From: Sphyrna mokarran
Lineage: Eukaryota
Assembly: GCA_024679065.1 (NCBI GenBank)
Contig: JAGIQG010000012.1
Span: 15,996,001 to 16,060,000 of the forward strand
Length of the DNA: 64,000 nucleotides
Direction of reading: 5' to 3'
Part shown: positions 38,976-53,474 of the stretch, piece by piece
Position numbering within the stretch: the stretch's first letter is position 1
Layout: each line of letters begins with the position of its first letter
Position numbers and translations under genes: made by a program
Notes under the pieces: generated by a model
What the model saw: only the letters and a program-made list of their open reading frames with translations
The model's database searches: none
What the model was told of the DNA's origin: nothing

Positions 38976-40171
38976 CTAAAGAAGGCAAAGGAAAAATGTG
39001 TTTTAAAATTTTGTCCACTTGCATTTTCAGTGTTTGAAAAGTATATTGGCACTTATACAAGAAGATTAATTTTAGTATGCCTCTCTATCTTACTTTTATG
39101 CAAAAGACTTTTTTTGAACCAATTGAGTAAGCCTTATTCATAAGAGGGAACGAATCTCATTTCACATTGGAAAGTTAAGAACGAGTTAAACCAAGCTGGT
39201 CATGCTATCAGCTTGTTAGGTCGGTCCTTGTTTGGTTTTATTTGTGCTTAGAATGCAGGTACTGTTGACAAGGTCACATTTAATGTCTGTCACTAAATGC
39301 CCTGAAATTGTGATGAGCTCAGTCCTTGTGCTGATGGCACTTCTACAATGTTGTTAGGAAAGGGATCCTAGAATATTCATCCAGCTATATAACTCCTTAT
39401 AACCTGTTAGGTGCACCCAGATCAGACATATCAGGAATGGAATGTGGTGACTGCTGGAGTTGCTGGAGCTAGCATGCAGGGTTATCAATCTAAAACTCAG
39501 CTTGTCGCTGGTCCAAATCAAGCTCTGGTTCTGTAAATGCTTATGAATTCTATACACCAGGGACATCATACCAGACATCATTCCAGTCTTGCCACCATTT
39601 TGAGACAATGTTCTAGCCATGGTTAACATGTGAAACTTTCTGAAGTCAGATGTATCATTTTCTCTGCAGGATTTTTTTTTAATGGAGGTGATGACTTTTT
39701 TTTTTAAAATAAAATCTTAACCTACCATTCTCTATGTCCAAACAACAGGGGATTCGTGGGTCAGTCCACAGCATTGCAAAAGCTGATCAAAATTATTAGC
39801 TTATTTTTGAGCCTGTTGATTTGAGCTTTTCATAGCAACTGCCACTTGCCTGCTAAAAAGGTCATAATTTCTAATTTTGTTGAGAGTTAATTGTTGGCAT
39901 TGGTCACTTACAAAGAAACTGAACAAAAAATATTTTTAGGAATTAGCATTTATTTGGTACAGCTTGTTCCTTTGTCAGAAATTAGACAATTCTCTTTTCC
40001 CAAAGTGCATTCAATCATCTTGAACTGGTTTACACATCAGCCTTGGTTGACTGACTTATATGACATATTATCAACATTTAGATTGAAAGACATTTCCACA
40101 AGTTTTTTTTTTAAATTCACACCTCTAGCTATTTAAATCTTTCATTACAACAATTGTAGCTCGGTTATAAT

Positions 40172-41095
40172 ACATAGGAGTAGAATTAGGCCACTCGGGC
40201 AACCGAGTCTTCTCCACCAATGAATCATGGCTGATATTTTTTCTCATCCCCATTCTCCTGCCTTTTCTCCATAGTCGTGATCCCCTTATTAATCAAGAAC
40301 CTAAGAACCTATCTATCTCTGTCTTAAAGACTTCCACAACCTTCTGCGGCGAAGAGTTCCACAGATTCACCACTATCAGGCTGAAGAAATTCCTCCTTAT
40401 CTCTGTTCTAAAGGATTGTCCCTTTAGCCAGAGGTTGTGCTCTCTGGTTCGAGTTTTTCCTACTAGTGGAAACATCCTCTCCACATCCACTCTATTCAGG
40501 CCTTGCAATATCCTATCCTCCCTCGTCCTTCTAAACTCCAACAAGTATAGAACCAGAGTCCTCAACCGTTTCTCATACCACAAGTTCTTCATTTCAGAGC
40601 TCATTCTTGTCAACTTCCTTTGGACTTTTTCCAAGGCCAGCGCATCTTTCTTTAAATATGGGGCCTAAAACTACTCAATATTCCAAATGGGGTCTGACCA
40701 GAGCCTTATACAGCCTCAGAAGTACATCCCTGCTCTTTATTCTAGCCCTCTTGACTCAAATGCTAACATTGCATTTGTTTTCCTCAGTGCTAACTGAATT
40801 CGCACGTTAACCTTAAGAGAATCTTGAATAATGACTCCCAAGTCCCTTTGTGTTTCTGATTTCCTAAGTATTTCTCCATTTAGAAAATAGTCTATGCCTC
40901 TATTCCTCCTTCCTAAGTGCATAACCTCACTTTTCCGCATTGCATTTCATCCACCACTTGTTTGCCCACTTTCCTAACCTGTCCAAGTCCTCTGTAGCAC
41001 CCCTGCTTCCTCAATACTACCTGTCTCTCTACACATCTTTGTATCATTTGCAAACTTAGCATCAATGCCTTCAGTTCCTTCCTCCTTCTGTCAAT
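40172..41095 (-). mobile_element. CR1/HER1-type LINE, 5'-truncated
   Basis: ORFs 40293..40634 'EKVQRKLTRM...RRNFFS..VVNLWNS' and 40737..40940 'EVMHLGRRNRGIDYFLNGE...QRDLGV'. Confidence 0.9.
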
Positions 41096-41989
41096 TCCCT
41101 GCATATTCTTGGAAACAAATAAAGACATCTCAAAGTCTGCTTCTCCAAAGAAACAAAACCCAATTGCTTTAACATTTTCTAGTTACTTTCCTGCTTAGGT
41201 GGAACTATCTTGTTCCCAGTTTTTCTCATGACCAAAGTTTGTCTCCTTGGGATTACTGCAAAATTGTACACACAGATTCCACCCAGCACAGCCTTTTAAT
41301 TTCTGCATTCCAAACCTGTTAACAGTCCTATACAACCCTCAATTTTTAACCCATGTCTTATTTTTAGTATTTATTCATTTTCAATTTAATTCCTCAGATG
41401 CCTATCCAGTTGAATGAATGAGCGAGCTACAGTCTATGCATTTACTACCAAAAAAACTAACCTTATCTCAATTAGTTTCACTATTTTGTAGTTTAGAAAC
41501 AACAAAGATTTCAGCTTCACTCAAAAATCCTTCTACTTTGATAGTACGCCACTTAAATTCTCTGCATTTCCAATTTTTAAATTTGTTTTTCACCAATCCC
41601 ATGTCATAACTTGAACTTTTGTAGTTTTTATTTTAATTAGAATCATCCATGTAATTCTGGAAATAATAAATACTTAGCAATTAGACAACAGCATCTTCTT
41701 CACTGATTTCTTCATCTTACTCTTAAAATTGATTCTGCTCTTTTTCTTGATACTGAAGTTAAGCTGACAGATCTGTATTTGCCTGGGGCAAACTTGTTGC
41801 TTTCAAAATATACATCCCATCTTTAAGTACACGTGTGAAAGTGATAACCACCTACAGCTCTATCTAATTCCTTCCCTTATTGCTTCTATTCTTATACTGA
41901 ACAAACATTTTGCTTCAGATCTCTTACAAACACTTCTGTTGGTTTCCACAAGAAATATATCTGCGACGAAAAGACACACAACTTCCTAG

Positions 41990-43172
41990 CCCTTACATGT
42001 TTCTGATACATAGATGATTTGTTGCAGATATCTGAATACACAGATGCGTATAAGAACTTCTTTACACACTTCAATGGGTCCATCATCCTGCGTTGAAATT
42101 CACCTTTAAATTAGTGCAGTCAAATAAACTTCCTTTTCTCAACATGCTAGTTCTTAAGTTGAGAAATCTGAGAATTGGTTTTCTATTATTATTTACCACA
42201 AGCCTATCTTTACTGGTCAATATACATAAGGATTCCTACGGTACAATGCGCTATAAGATTGGCCTCAATGGCAACCTCAAATATGGCCTGAGCCACTTGC
42301 TCTTCATGCAAGCTTGATACTGAAACAGGGCGCAAAGCCATCCTGCAGGATAATGACTACACCGATCAGATCATTGCTCATTTATATCATGGAAATTCAT
42401 GAATGGGTCCCAAGGTTGCCACTTTCAGCCCTGAAAAATGTGTCCAGTCTGCCTCAGATTTGGGGAAGTGTATGGTGTCTCAAAACTCTGAGCAACAATA
42501 AAGTTAGTTGTTGCATACTGTTACTATGCAGTAGCAACACTAAGTAGTAGGGTCTAATAAAAGGATGCTGCCGTCAGGCCAAACAGACGTTCTGCCTGTC
42601 ACTCAAATGAGTAATATGGTCAATGAATTTCAGTGCCTTTGGGGATGCTAGGTATATAGGCCATATGTCCCAACAGTTGGAAAGTCATATCACACAGCAT
42701 GATCCATTTGGATGTTCAGAGAAATGCAGACCGTACCCAACTAGCCCGTGCTTGCAAAACTCAAGTAGTTAAGATTAGATGTGATTCTACAATTGGACAA
42801 TACTTGCTAAACAATTGTACCAATTTAAGATTTTCAGTAGGACTTGCAGTGTGGCTCATTTACACATGCTAAAAATCACATATGTTCACTCTTAAGGGTC
42901 CTACCCTTTCCAGACAAAAGAAGCATGTCCACACAGTGTGCCTTTCCAACTGAAAAAATGCTAGTGGATTGCCATTCTCTGGTTCATTCCCCATAGCAAT
43001 GCCTTGACCAGCTGATCTGCCTGCCTTGAGTTTCAAACAAAAGCTTGGCAGTTAACTGTTCTCTGCTGCATTGTCAATGGCAATGTCTCTATTTCCTCTT
43101 GGTTCATCTTGCATAGCTATCCTGATGAGTGCAAAACAAAACTTCAATTGTATGTCTCTTTTTTCAGCAATT
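41990..43172 (+). mobile_element. Penelope-like retroelement remnant (RT C-terminus, GIY-YIG region, terminal repeat)
   Basis: 'LKFTFKLVQSNKLPFLNMLV', decayed 'KP.FTGQY', 'RYKIGL.GNL', 'KAILQDN.Y', 'SN.V.EFQC...ARYIG', then 'cctgatgagtgcaaaacaaaacttcaattgtatgtctcttttttcagcaa'. Confidence 0.8.
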
Positions 43173-43609
43173 GCAAACTCAACAAAAAACTACAAGACTG
43201 ACAGATAATATTTCAAATAGTAACTCCAACACTCACTTAGTACTGCATTGAAGTTGTTGCCTGAAATATGCACTCATATCCTGAACTGGGGCATGAACAC
43301 ACAACTTTCAGACTCAAGGAGGTGTAAATACTACATCAGCCAGTTGTTGAGCAAAAGAAAGGAGACACATGTTAGCCAAAGAAAAGAAGGTGAGGTGAGC
43401 CAGTTAAGTGTAGCATTATGAGGCTGATAAAGAATTAAAAAGGCAAAATGTAGTAATGGTAGGGTTTCAGAAGAGATAAAAATTCCTAACCCTCCTGTCT
43501 CCTTACTCGTTTTCCTTGCAGCCTGCAATTTGTTTTCCCTTCCTATTCCTATTTTAAATAGGAATTATTCATTTGCTTGCTTCAGGATTCACTTCTACTC
43601 CCTCTATCT

Positions 43610-43915
43610 ACATAGAATCCCGACAGCGTAGATCATTTGGCTTACCAAGTCTGCACCAATCACAATCCCACTCAGGTTCTTTCCCCGTAACCTCACATTT
43701 ACACTGCTAATCCCCCTGAACTATTGCCATGCTAAATTGAACCACCAACCTGACCCGCATATCTTTGAACTGTGGGAGGAAGGCGGAGCGTCCGGAGGAA
43801 ACCCACACAGACACAGGGAGAATGTACAAATTCCACACAGACTATGACCCGAAGCTGGAATTGAACCTGGGTCCCTGGAGCTATGAAGCAGCAGTGCTAA
43901 CAACTGTGTCACCCT
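43610..43915 (-). mobile_element. HE1-like V-SINE
   Basis: 'catagaatcccgacagcgtag...tgtgggaggaaggcggagcgtccggaggaaacccacacagacacagggagaatg...gaacctgggtccctggagct..gcagcagtgctaacaactgtgtcacc'. Confidence 0.85.
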
Positions 43916-44753
43916 TTTATCTTTGTTAACAGATATTTTGCAATTAAGCTCATCTTTCAGTCCTCTGAATCTTGTCTTAAAACTGGGAGAACAGAGGAAA
44001 GATAGGTGCTTCATGCCAAAATAAAAATGCCAATACAAAAACTGTGAATTCACCTTCCAAATAAGAGTTCAAAATATATATTTCATCCATAAATAACTGG
44101 GACAGAGAGAAATTTGCTGAATAGAGAAATGCTACAAAGCAGTTGAGATAGAGCAGAGTTTTAGGTAAAAATACAAATAACTACAAAATAAGTTTGAAAA
44201 GAACAAACAGTTGCATCTCAAATGAACAAAGCAAAACAGTACTACAAATACACACAGAGCTATAATCTTTCATTATCAATAAGGCATATAATCACCTTGT
44301 TTACCCATGGATTCATAAAGATTACCACAGACGATCTGCAATTCTTTCATGTTCCAATCTTCGTCATTGTCAAATGACATATTCCAAACTAACATGAACA
44401 TTAGATATCTGATTGTATACTTTATACGCAATCACTCTTTCATGATCGAAGATGATGCATTTTGTACTTTGCTGGGTTCAATTTAGCTGCTAACGCTATA
44501 CAGATTCAGCAATTCTAAATTGTGCACATCAGCAAATGCAAGGAAAATTAATTTGATAAACAAAATGTCATTTATTTTTCAACAGATTAAGCACCAACAA
44601 ACCACAATTTTATTGATTGCATGTTGAGTTCAAGTAACATAAGTATATACATCAGTTTCTTAAATATTAACAATGTGATTTGTACTTAAAAGACACAACT
44701 GTACTTAATGAGGCATATCTTGAATAACCAGAGACAGAATGTTCCATACTTAC

Positions 44754-44821
44754 CCTGTAATAATTATCTCTGGATAACTTTGAGTGCCTAAACCCCAATT
44801 CCCTCCATTGATGGGCCATTC
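44754..44821 (-). CDS. STXBP5: STXBP5 exon, 68 nt: EWPINGGNWGLGTQSYPEIIITG
   Basis: Boundaries cttatag|GAA...ACAGG|gtaagt; phase 0 to 2. Confidence 0.95.
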
Positions 44822-45908
44822 CTATAAGGCATAACAAAATAAATATAGACACCATAAGAGATTTCCTTTTCAATAGATGCTCTTACCATTAATCATACTA
44901 TCCAAAAATTGAGGTAAACATTTAAGGCAGTCCTAGTGGGCAAGAAAACTACGCTGCAATATGAACCTCTCACCAATAACTGTGAGACCCACTGCATAAA
45001 CAGTGCCTTTTCTGCCTTCAAACATAAGGTCAAATTTAAGCAATGGATCAAATAAAATCAGGAATTAATAAGGGAGTCCCAACAGCCCCCCACCCACCTA
45101 CCCATACCCCACACAGGAGGATAGCAAAAAAATGGCAATTCCTTCACAAATAACTTTCCCAATTATAGTTTGGCAACTTCAGGGGCAATCAAATTCTCTG
45201 CTTCCCTCTTCATCTTCAAATAGAACACAATTAAAACATTTGGAAATATGGTAGCAGGACATGAGTTCCAAAATTTCAGTCAAGAAATGAAACTACACTG
45301 AAGACACCCGAAATATAAACATAAAAGTCTGCAGCTCAGGAGCCAATTCACCCCATTTGATAAGGTACAACATTGGAGATTCGTTACAAAAATGAATGAC
45401 ACGAGCAGAAAAAGTAAACTTAAAGTGCTGGAGGAACACTGATAGTCAATGTGTTAATGCTTCAAGAAGGCATAGCTGTTCCAGCTTTGCAGATATCAAT
45501 GAAAATCTACGCATTGTTCAAACGCCACTTTTTTCTCCGAATGGAGACCATAAATAATTGGATGTAAACACAGGATCCTATTTTAAGTCATGCCATTTAA
45601 AAGGTAATCTAATTTTAGAAACAAAACATTTGACAATGAAGAGAAGCTCTGAATACATGAAAATAGCAGGAGTATTAACAAACGTAGAGGCGTGTTTATT
45701 CACATACGCAACAGGATCAAAAAGGTCACACTGAGAAGAGATACATTACTCTCCCAAGGGAACTAAGTTAACGGTGTGGTGCACAATATGCTAAATAGCA
45801 AGGAAATTCTGTATAAACATTCGTGCAAGAGGCCGAACATAGAGGAAATACACAGTAGCACAAAAAAAACCTGCATAGTTTTTAAATTTTGAAAGACAAA
45901 TTCTACAC

Positions 45909-46056
45909 CTTTTTGCTGTATCCTTGCCGCTTCTGCTTTGCCCCAACAGAATAAAGTGCAGGAATTAAATCAACAGGACAGTCAGCAAAATACTCGCAAC
46001 AGGTGACAGGTGATTCATGTATATCCAAGGGGTATGGGTTCTCAAATATAGGATAA
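45909..46056 (-). CDS. STXBP5: STXBP5 exon, 148 nt: YPIFENPYPLDIHESPVTCCEYFADCPVDLIPALYSVGAKQKRQGYSKK
   Basis: Lies in ORF 45903..46085; boundaries tcttccag|T...AAG|gtgtag; phase 2 to 0. Confidence 0.95.
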
Positions 46057-46459
46057 CTGGAAGACAAAAAAAAAACACCATGCATTCAGAGTCTTAAAAT
46101 AAGCAGTGGCAATAGACATTTCATTAAAAAAAACTATAAAGTTAGCTTCCAACAAAGTTAGGACTTTTCATATAAATCCATTGACCTAAGTTATAAATCA
46201 GGCTAAGATTGTACACAGTGATTACGCCATAACAGTTACGATGAAAAGGAGCATATTGTCAAGGATTTGCCCATTGATGACAGACTCGTCCAGTGCTTTG
46301 CATTAATTATTCCTTTAACAAAAGTATTGTATCCTGTTCCATATCATTTCTGGTTAGTTTTAGTAAGAACAATAGATTCAATATCACTTATCAGATAGCC
46401 ATTTCAAAATATCCAGCTCCCAATTAAACAACAAATATGAACATATTCGAATCAACGAA

Positions 46460-47905
46460 TAGTTACAGTGTAGAAGGAAGCCATTTGGCCCCTCACGTTT
46501 GTGCTGGGCTCCCTGTAGGAACAATTTACGAAGTGCCATTCCCTATCTTTTGCTCATAGCCCTGCACATCACTGGCCTTTTCATTTAATGACCAATTTCC
46601 TTTTGAATGCCATGACGGAAGTTGGCTTCGCCACATTCCTCAAACAATGTCATCCTGATCTCAAACACTTGTCGTGTAAACCAAAACGGTTATTATTGCT
46701 TCTTCTGTCAATTATTTTAAATCAGCATCCTCTCGTTATCAATCCTTCCATCGATGTGAATGATTTTGCCCCAACTATTCTGTTCAGACCCTTCAAGATT
46801 TTGAAAACCTCCATCAAATCTCTCAAACAAGAACAGCCCCAGCTTCTCCAAACTGTCAAAATGACTAATACCCTGGAACCATTCTCATGAATCTTTTCTG
46901 TACCCTTTCTAACATTTTCGCCTAAAGCGTGGTGTCCAGAACTCAATGCAGTACTCCAATCGAGGCTGAACCAATGTTTTATTTTTGGTACCTTATGCTT
47001 CTACTTATCATACCATATATTTTATTAACCACACACTCAATCTGTCCTGCTGCCTTCAACAATTTGTGTACACATACATACAAATTGCTCTGATCCTGCA
47101 TCCACTTCAGAATTGCACCCGTTAATTTATAATGCGTCTCTGCGTTCTTCTGAGCAAAGTGAATTATTTCACACTTCTCTGCATTAAATTTCATCTGCCA
47201 CGAACATATGTCCTTTTGAAATTCTACACTATCCTCCGCAATTCACAATGGTGCCACATTGTGCGTCATATCCACATTTTACAATTGTGCACTTTACACT
47301 AAGGTCTGAATCATTAATATATAATCAGAAGGAGCAAGGATCCTAACATATTGACCACCACGAGTAAATGTTTCTTCAGTCCAACGAAAACTAACTGCTC
47401 ACTGCTCCTGTTTCCTGTCACTCAGTCAATTTTGTTTTCATGTCACTACTGTTTCTTTTATTCCATCAGTTCTAATTTGTTCACACGTCTGTTGTATGGC
47501 ACTACATCAAATGCCCTATGGTATCCTACGTACACCACACCAATAGTGTTACCATCATCAACCCTCCCTGCTACTTCATCAGAACATTCAAATAAGTTAG
47601 TTAAACACGATTTTCCCTCAACAAATCCATACTAGCTTTCCTTAATTAACTAGCATTTCTGACAGACACTATTAATTTTGGCTCGAATTACTTCTTCCAA
47701 AAGCTTCACAACCACCGACTCTAAACTGACTGACTTGTAGTTGCCAGGCTCATCTTTTTTTGAACAAGAGCATGACTTACAATTTGCCAGCCCTCTGCGC
47801 AAGACCCCACACAGTCTAAGGAAGACTGGAAAGTTATGGCCAGTGCTCACTTAATTTCCACCCACTTCTCTCTGTATCTTTAAATGCATCCCCTGGTACA
47901 CTATA
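46460..47905 (-). mobile_element. Degenerate CR1 LINE (RT region to 3' end)
   Basis: ORFs 'MKFNAEKCEIIHF' and 'LRDLMEVFKIL'; sequence encoding 'PGNYKSVSLESVVVKLLE'. Confidence 0.85.
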
Positions 47906-47909
47906 TACA

Positions 47910-49030
47910 ATCAAAGAACAAAGAGAATTACAGCACAGGAACACGTCCTTCAGCCCTCCAAACCTGCACCGACCATGCTGCCCAAATGAACTAAAACCCC
48001 CCCCCACCCTTCCAGGGGCCATAGCCCTCTATTCCCATTCTATTCATGTATTTTTCCAGACACCCCTTGAAATTCACTACTCTGCCTCCCCAGCAGAGAA
48101 TTCCAGGTACCCATCACTCTCTGTGTAAAATATTTGCCTCGTACATCTCTTTTAAACATTGCGCCTTGCACTTTAAACTTATGCCCCCTAGTAATTGACT
48201 CTTCCGCCCTGGGAAAAAGCTTCTGACTATCTGCCCTGTCCATGTCCCTCAATTCTGTAGACTTCTATCAGGGTGCCCCTCAATTTCTGTTGCTCCAGTG
48301 AGAACAAACCAAGTTTCTCCATCATCTCCTCACAGCTAATGCCCTCCAAACCAGGCAATATCATGGTAAATCTTTTTCCAAAGTCTCCACATTCTTCTGG
48401 CAATGATGCAACCAGAAATGAACACTATATTCGAAGTGCGGCCTAAGATTCTATAAAGCTGCAACATGACTTGCCAACTTTTAAATTCAATGCCCCGGCC
48501 AATAAAGGCAAACATGCTGTATGCCTTGACTACCTTCTTCATCTGCGTTGCCACTTCAGTGACCTGTGTACCTGTACACACAGGTCCATGTGCATATCAA
48601 TACTCTAAAGAGTTCTGCCATTTATTGTATATTTCCTATCTTTATTAGGCCTTCCAAAATGCATTAACTCACATTTGTCTGGATTAAATTCCACCTGCCA
48701 TCTCTCCACCCAAGCCTCCAACCGATCTATATCCTACTGTATCGTCTGACAGTCATCATCGCTATCCACAAATCCATCAACCTTTATGTCATCCACAGAT
48801 TTACTAATCAAATCAGTTATATTTTTTTCCCAAATCATTTATGTATATTATAAACAGCAAAGACCCAGCACTGAACCCTGAGGAACATCACTTGTCACAG
48901 CCCTCCATTCAGAAACACACCCTTCCGTTGCTACCAATGTAACGGCACCTTTTTTGTTTTTTGGCTCTAGCCAAATAGGCTCTGTCCTGGATCCCGCTGG
49001 GACATCCTCTCCCTTCAGTACTGCCACCAT
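47910..49030 (-). mobile_element. CR1/HER1 LINE, internally deleted
   Basis: 3' tail 'caaagaacaaagagaattacagcacagg'; ORFs 'MRDMDRADSQKLFPR...KYFTQRV' and 'KAYSMFAFIGRGIEFKS'; sequence encoding 'SEWRAVTSDVPQGSVLG'. Confidence 0.9.
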
Positions 49031-49553
49031 CCTCCTTTCTTTCCTTCCCTTGCTGCATGAAAACTGACATCAAGCTCGTTACGCTAGTGGTCAAAGTGTG
49101 ATATGCTTGACCATACTGAAAATTCGATATGGGAAAATTCTCCAACCAAGGATAAAGTCAGTAACTGAAGTTTTGAATGTTATATTTTTGTTCAAAGAAA
49201 CCTTAGATGAAACAGTGAGTGAATAGTGTTGAGGGATCTGTTAGATATCTAAAAAGGAATATGCTAGTTAATGGCCTTTGATTGCTGAAAAGTATTCTGC
49301 ATTTAACTTTTTCTAAAAGATACCTCCTTGAAGTCCCCATGTCCTCAAACCTTTAAGTTACCTCAGTCAGGCACCTCTTTTTGAAGAGCAATGTTATTAC
49401 TAAACATCAAAACATTTCCACAAATTAAAACAATAATCAGATATGGCAGGGATATATACCTCCATTGATTGAATTTTATTTAAGTTAAACTGCTATTCTT
49501 GAACCCAGTTTATTGGTCATTATTGCAACTGTCAATTTCAGTACAATTCTTAC

Positions 49554-49626
49554 CCATTCTGTCCAAGATCTACAACTACTAAGTCCTTCTCCAGAAGGAC
49601 AACCACCGCATACGGCTCCTGAAAAT
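49554..49626 (-). CDS. STXBP5: STXBP5 exon, 73 nt: DFQEPYAVVVLLEKDLVVVDLGQNG
   Basis: Boundaries tttctacag|AT...AATGG|gtaaga; phase 1 to 2. Confidence 0.95.
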
Positions 49627-50489
49627 CTGTAGAAATACAATAAATAAAACCTGTCAGAAATAGATGCACACAATTGGAAAAATGATCTTCAGATCAATCA
49701 GGCATGTGGAGTGCAATGCTAATAGTTGGGAATTTTATTATTTTCTAATGCAGAGAAAAATCAAATTGCAATTCTATAATTTTTCACTGAAAGCAGAAAA
49801 GAATGATCGACATCAACTTATCTTCCAAATTTGAATAGCAATAAATCATGTGATTGCAGAGGCCTGGAGAGTGTGGAATTAAGCTGCAGGAAGAACCATT
49901 GAGACTTAAACACTGATGCTTCCCATTTATATATTTTACTGTATTTTAATACTATTTTCAAAGCCTTCATTTTATACATTCAATACTAAGTGGAGTGTTT
50001 GAAATTGTTTATTTGGTCAATGAAGAAAAAAACAAAAAATGGATGTGGATTTCAGCCCTAGAGCTGCAGCTGTATTTGCATTTCTTCCCAGTTAATATTC
50101 TTGTGAAATAAGAGTTTGATTCTTGTGAAAGTATGCTGCTCATGACAGATCCAGTTAACACAGTCTGTTTATTCCTTAAATGAGGCACAAAGGGATGCAG
50201 GGAACCCTCGTTATGTATATAAAGTGTAATGAGAGGGCCACCCTGGATCCTCCGTGCAACCAGGAGTAGCATGAAATATCAGAAATTTGAGCTGAAGTCT
50301 CTGTTGGAGGAAAAACTGCTTGTTCTAAAGCAGAAATCATATGCAGTTTCTTGGTCTTCCGTCCCAGAATATCACCACTCAAAGGACAGTACCGGGCAGT
50401 TAAGTATACAGAGATAACAGGGAGGACGACATGCACATTAATCTGCAAGAGAAATAGAGGAAGGCAACATTCATGTGCACGAGGATTAG

Positions 50490-52395
50490 ACTTGTATAGG
50501 TTTACAGCATGAAAACATGCCCAACTTGTCCATACTATCCTTTTGTTTTAAACCCTAAGCCAGTCCCAATTGTCCACATTTGACTCATATCCGTCTATAA
50601 CCATTTTACCCATGTAGCTGTCTAAACGCTTTTTCAAAGACAAAAAATTGTACTCACCTCTACTACTACATCTGACAGTTTGTTCCAGACATGTACCACT
50701 TTGTGCGGGGAAACAACTGCCCCTCTGGACACTTTTGTTTCTCTTCCCTCTCACCTTAAACCTATGCCCTCTAGTTTTAAACTCCCCTTATCTTTGGGAA
50801 AATATATTGACTATTTAGCTGATCTATGTCCCTCATTATTTTATACACTCCTATAAGATCACCCCTCAACCTTCTAGCTCCAGAGAAAAAAGTCCCAGTC
50901 TATCCAGCCTCTCCTTACAACTCAAGCCACTAAGTCCCAGTAGCATTCTAGTAAACCTCTTCTGCACTCTTTCTAGTTTAATAATATCCTTTGTATAACA
51001 GTGTGACCAGAACTGTACACAGTATTTCACGTGTGGCTTACCAATGTCTTGTACAACTTCAACAAAACGACCCAACTGCTGTATTCAATGTTCTGACCAA
51101 TGAAACCAAACATGCTGAATGCCTTCTTCATCACTCTGTCCATCTGTGGCTCCACTTTCAAGAAGCTATGAACTTATACCTGTAGATCTCTGTTCTGTAA
51201 CTCTCCTCAATGCCCTACCATTAACTGAGTAAATCCTGTTCCAGTTCAATCAAAATGCATCACCTTGCATTAAACTCCAACTGCCATTCACCAGCCCACT
51301 GGCCCAACTGAGCAAGATCTCACTGCAATCAGAAAAAACCTTCTTCATTGTGCACTATGCGATAATCTTGGTATCGTCTGCAAACTTACTAACCATGCCT
51401 CCTATATTCACATCCAAATCATTAATATAAATGACAAATAACAGTGGACCCAGCACTGATCCCAGGTCTCCAGTTTGAAAAACAACCCTCTACAACCACC
51501 TCTGGCTTCTGTCATCAAGCGAGTTATGTATCCATTTGGCAACCTCACCTTGGATCCCATGGGATTTAACCTTATGCAATAACTTACCATGTGGTACCTT
51601 GTCAAAGTCCTTATTAAAGTGCACGTAGACAACATCAACTGCACTCACTACCTTCTTGGTTACCCCTTCAAAAAACTCAATCAAATTTGAGAGACACGAT
51701 TTTCCGCTCACAAAGCTATGCTGACTGAACCAAATCAGTCCCTATTCTTTTGCCTCACTAAACGCCTGTACAACCCATCTCTCAAAACATCTTTCAACAA
51801 CCTATCCACCACAGATGTGAGACTCATCGGCCTGCAGATCCCAGGCTTTTCTTTGTAGCCCTTTCTAGATAAAGGCACAACATTTGCCACTCTCCAATCT
51901 TCAGGCACCTCACCTGCAACTGTCGTTGATTCAAATTTCTCCACTAGGAGACCTCCAATTTCCTCCTGGCCTTTCTCAATGTCCTGGGATGCACTTCATC
52001 AGATCTCAGGAATTTATCTATCTTGATGTGCTTTAAGACTTCCAGCACTTCCTTCTCTGTAATATGTATACTTCTCAAGACATCACTATTTATGCCCCCA
52101 AGTTCCCCAATATCCATGCTTTCCTCCAAGTAAATATTGATAAGAAATATTTAGGATCTCTTATGGATGATGACATAGATGACGTTGTTGATCCTTAAGA
52201 GGCCCTATTCTCTCCTTAGTTACTCTTTTGACCTTTATGTATTTATAGAAGCTCTTTGCATTTTCCTTTGCCTTACCTGTCAAAATAATCTCACATCTCC
52301 TTTTTGCCCTTCTGATTTCTCTCTTAACTCTATTCTTCAAGGGATTCACTTGATTCTAGCTGCCTTTGCATGTCATGTGCCTCCTTCTTCTTCTT
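50490..52395 (-). mobile_element. CR1/HER1 LINE, about 1.9 kb of the RT region
   Basis: ORFs 'GKSCLSNLIEFFEGVT...VDVVYVHFNKDFDKVPH', 'GEVPEDWRVANVVPL' and 'KYCVQFWSHCYTKDIIKLERVQKRFTRML'. Confidence 0.92.
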
Positions 52396-53474
52396 AGGAG
52401 GAAAATTCATTGAACTGTTCAGACACTTGGCATTGGACAGGAAAGAGACGGACACTGACCATGACAAGTGCAGCATCCTGGAATAATGAATTAAGAGGGT
52501 AGGATGGGAGGAGGGGGCAGGTGAGACTCGGTGGAAATTTCATCTTTTTCCCTTTGATTTCTATCATTAGCCAAATGGATTCTATCTTAAATTGACTCTT
52601 TAGGTCCTATTTTCATTCCACTCCTGATAGAATCCTTCACAAGCATAGCTATGCCTGCTACTTACAAGCAACATATTTGTCCCTTCCCCCTATAAGGCAC
52701 TGCAGTTGCTTAGCCCCAACACAATTCAACTCAGCTCTCTGGAATAGTGTCCAAACAGTTGAAAGTGTTTTCTTGCTCATTTGAATGGACTACATGAAGC
52801 ACAATAGCACCATGCTCCAATCTGCTAAATTTACCACTCCACAATGAGAAGATAATCCAGCTTCTTTTTTCTATTTTAAAACATGCTAAAAACTTTCTCC
52901 TGTCTTATTCACCCTTGCCTCCAATAACAATTGCAAGTTTGAGATCGTGCATTCTGCAATTTCCCTGTTTCGTACTACACTGGATCAAACATCTTTGAAA
53001 GATGCCTCTGCCCCAGCCCTAAATTTGCATAATTCTCCTCTTTCTCCCTTGTCCCCTCATGCCCTCTCTGAATTTATCCTATCCACGGGACCTACCTCTG
53101 CTTCCTCAATGTTACCCCCATTAAATAGATCATCCAACTTGGCCCCTGTGTTAGCTAATGATCCTCTCATCCCACAACCCTTTTTCTCACTCAGCCAGCT
53201 TGACTTTTGCTAACATCAGGCACCAGGTCCCTGCCTCCGTCTCACAAATGTCATGTTCCCTAAGTACTGCTATGCTCCTCATATTCCAGCTCCCACCCAA
53301 GCTCCATGCGGCCATACCTCATCACCATCTTAAGTGTCAACACTCTTCCTGTGTCATCACAGGACAAATTCAACCACAGCAGCTGTGAAGGAGTGCAGCT
53401 AACTGGATTCATACCTGAGGACCCTCGCAAATTGGGGGGCGAGCCCTTGACCTGAACTATAGCTAATGCCTTGG

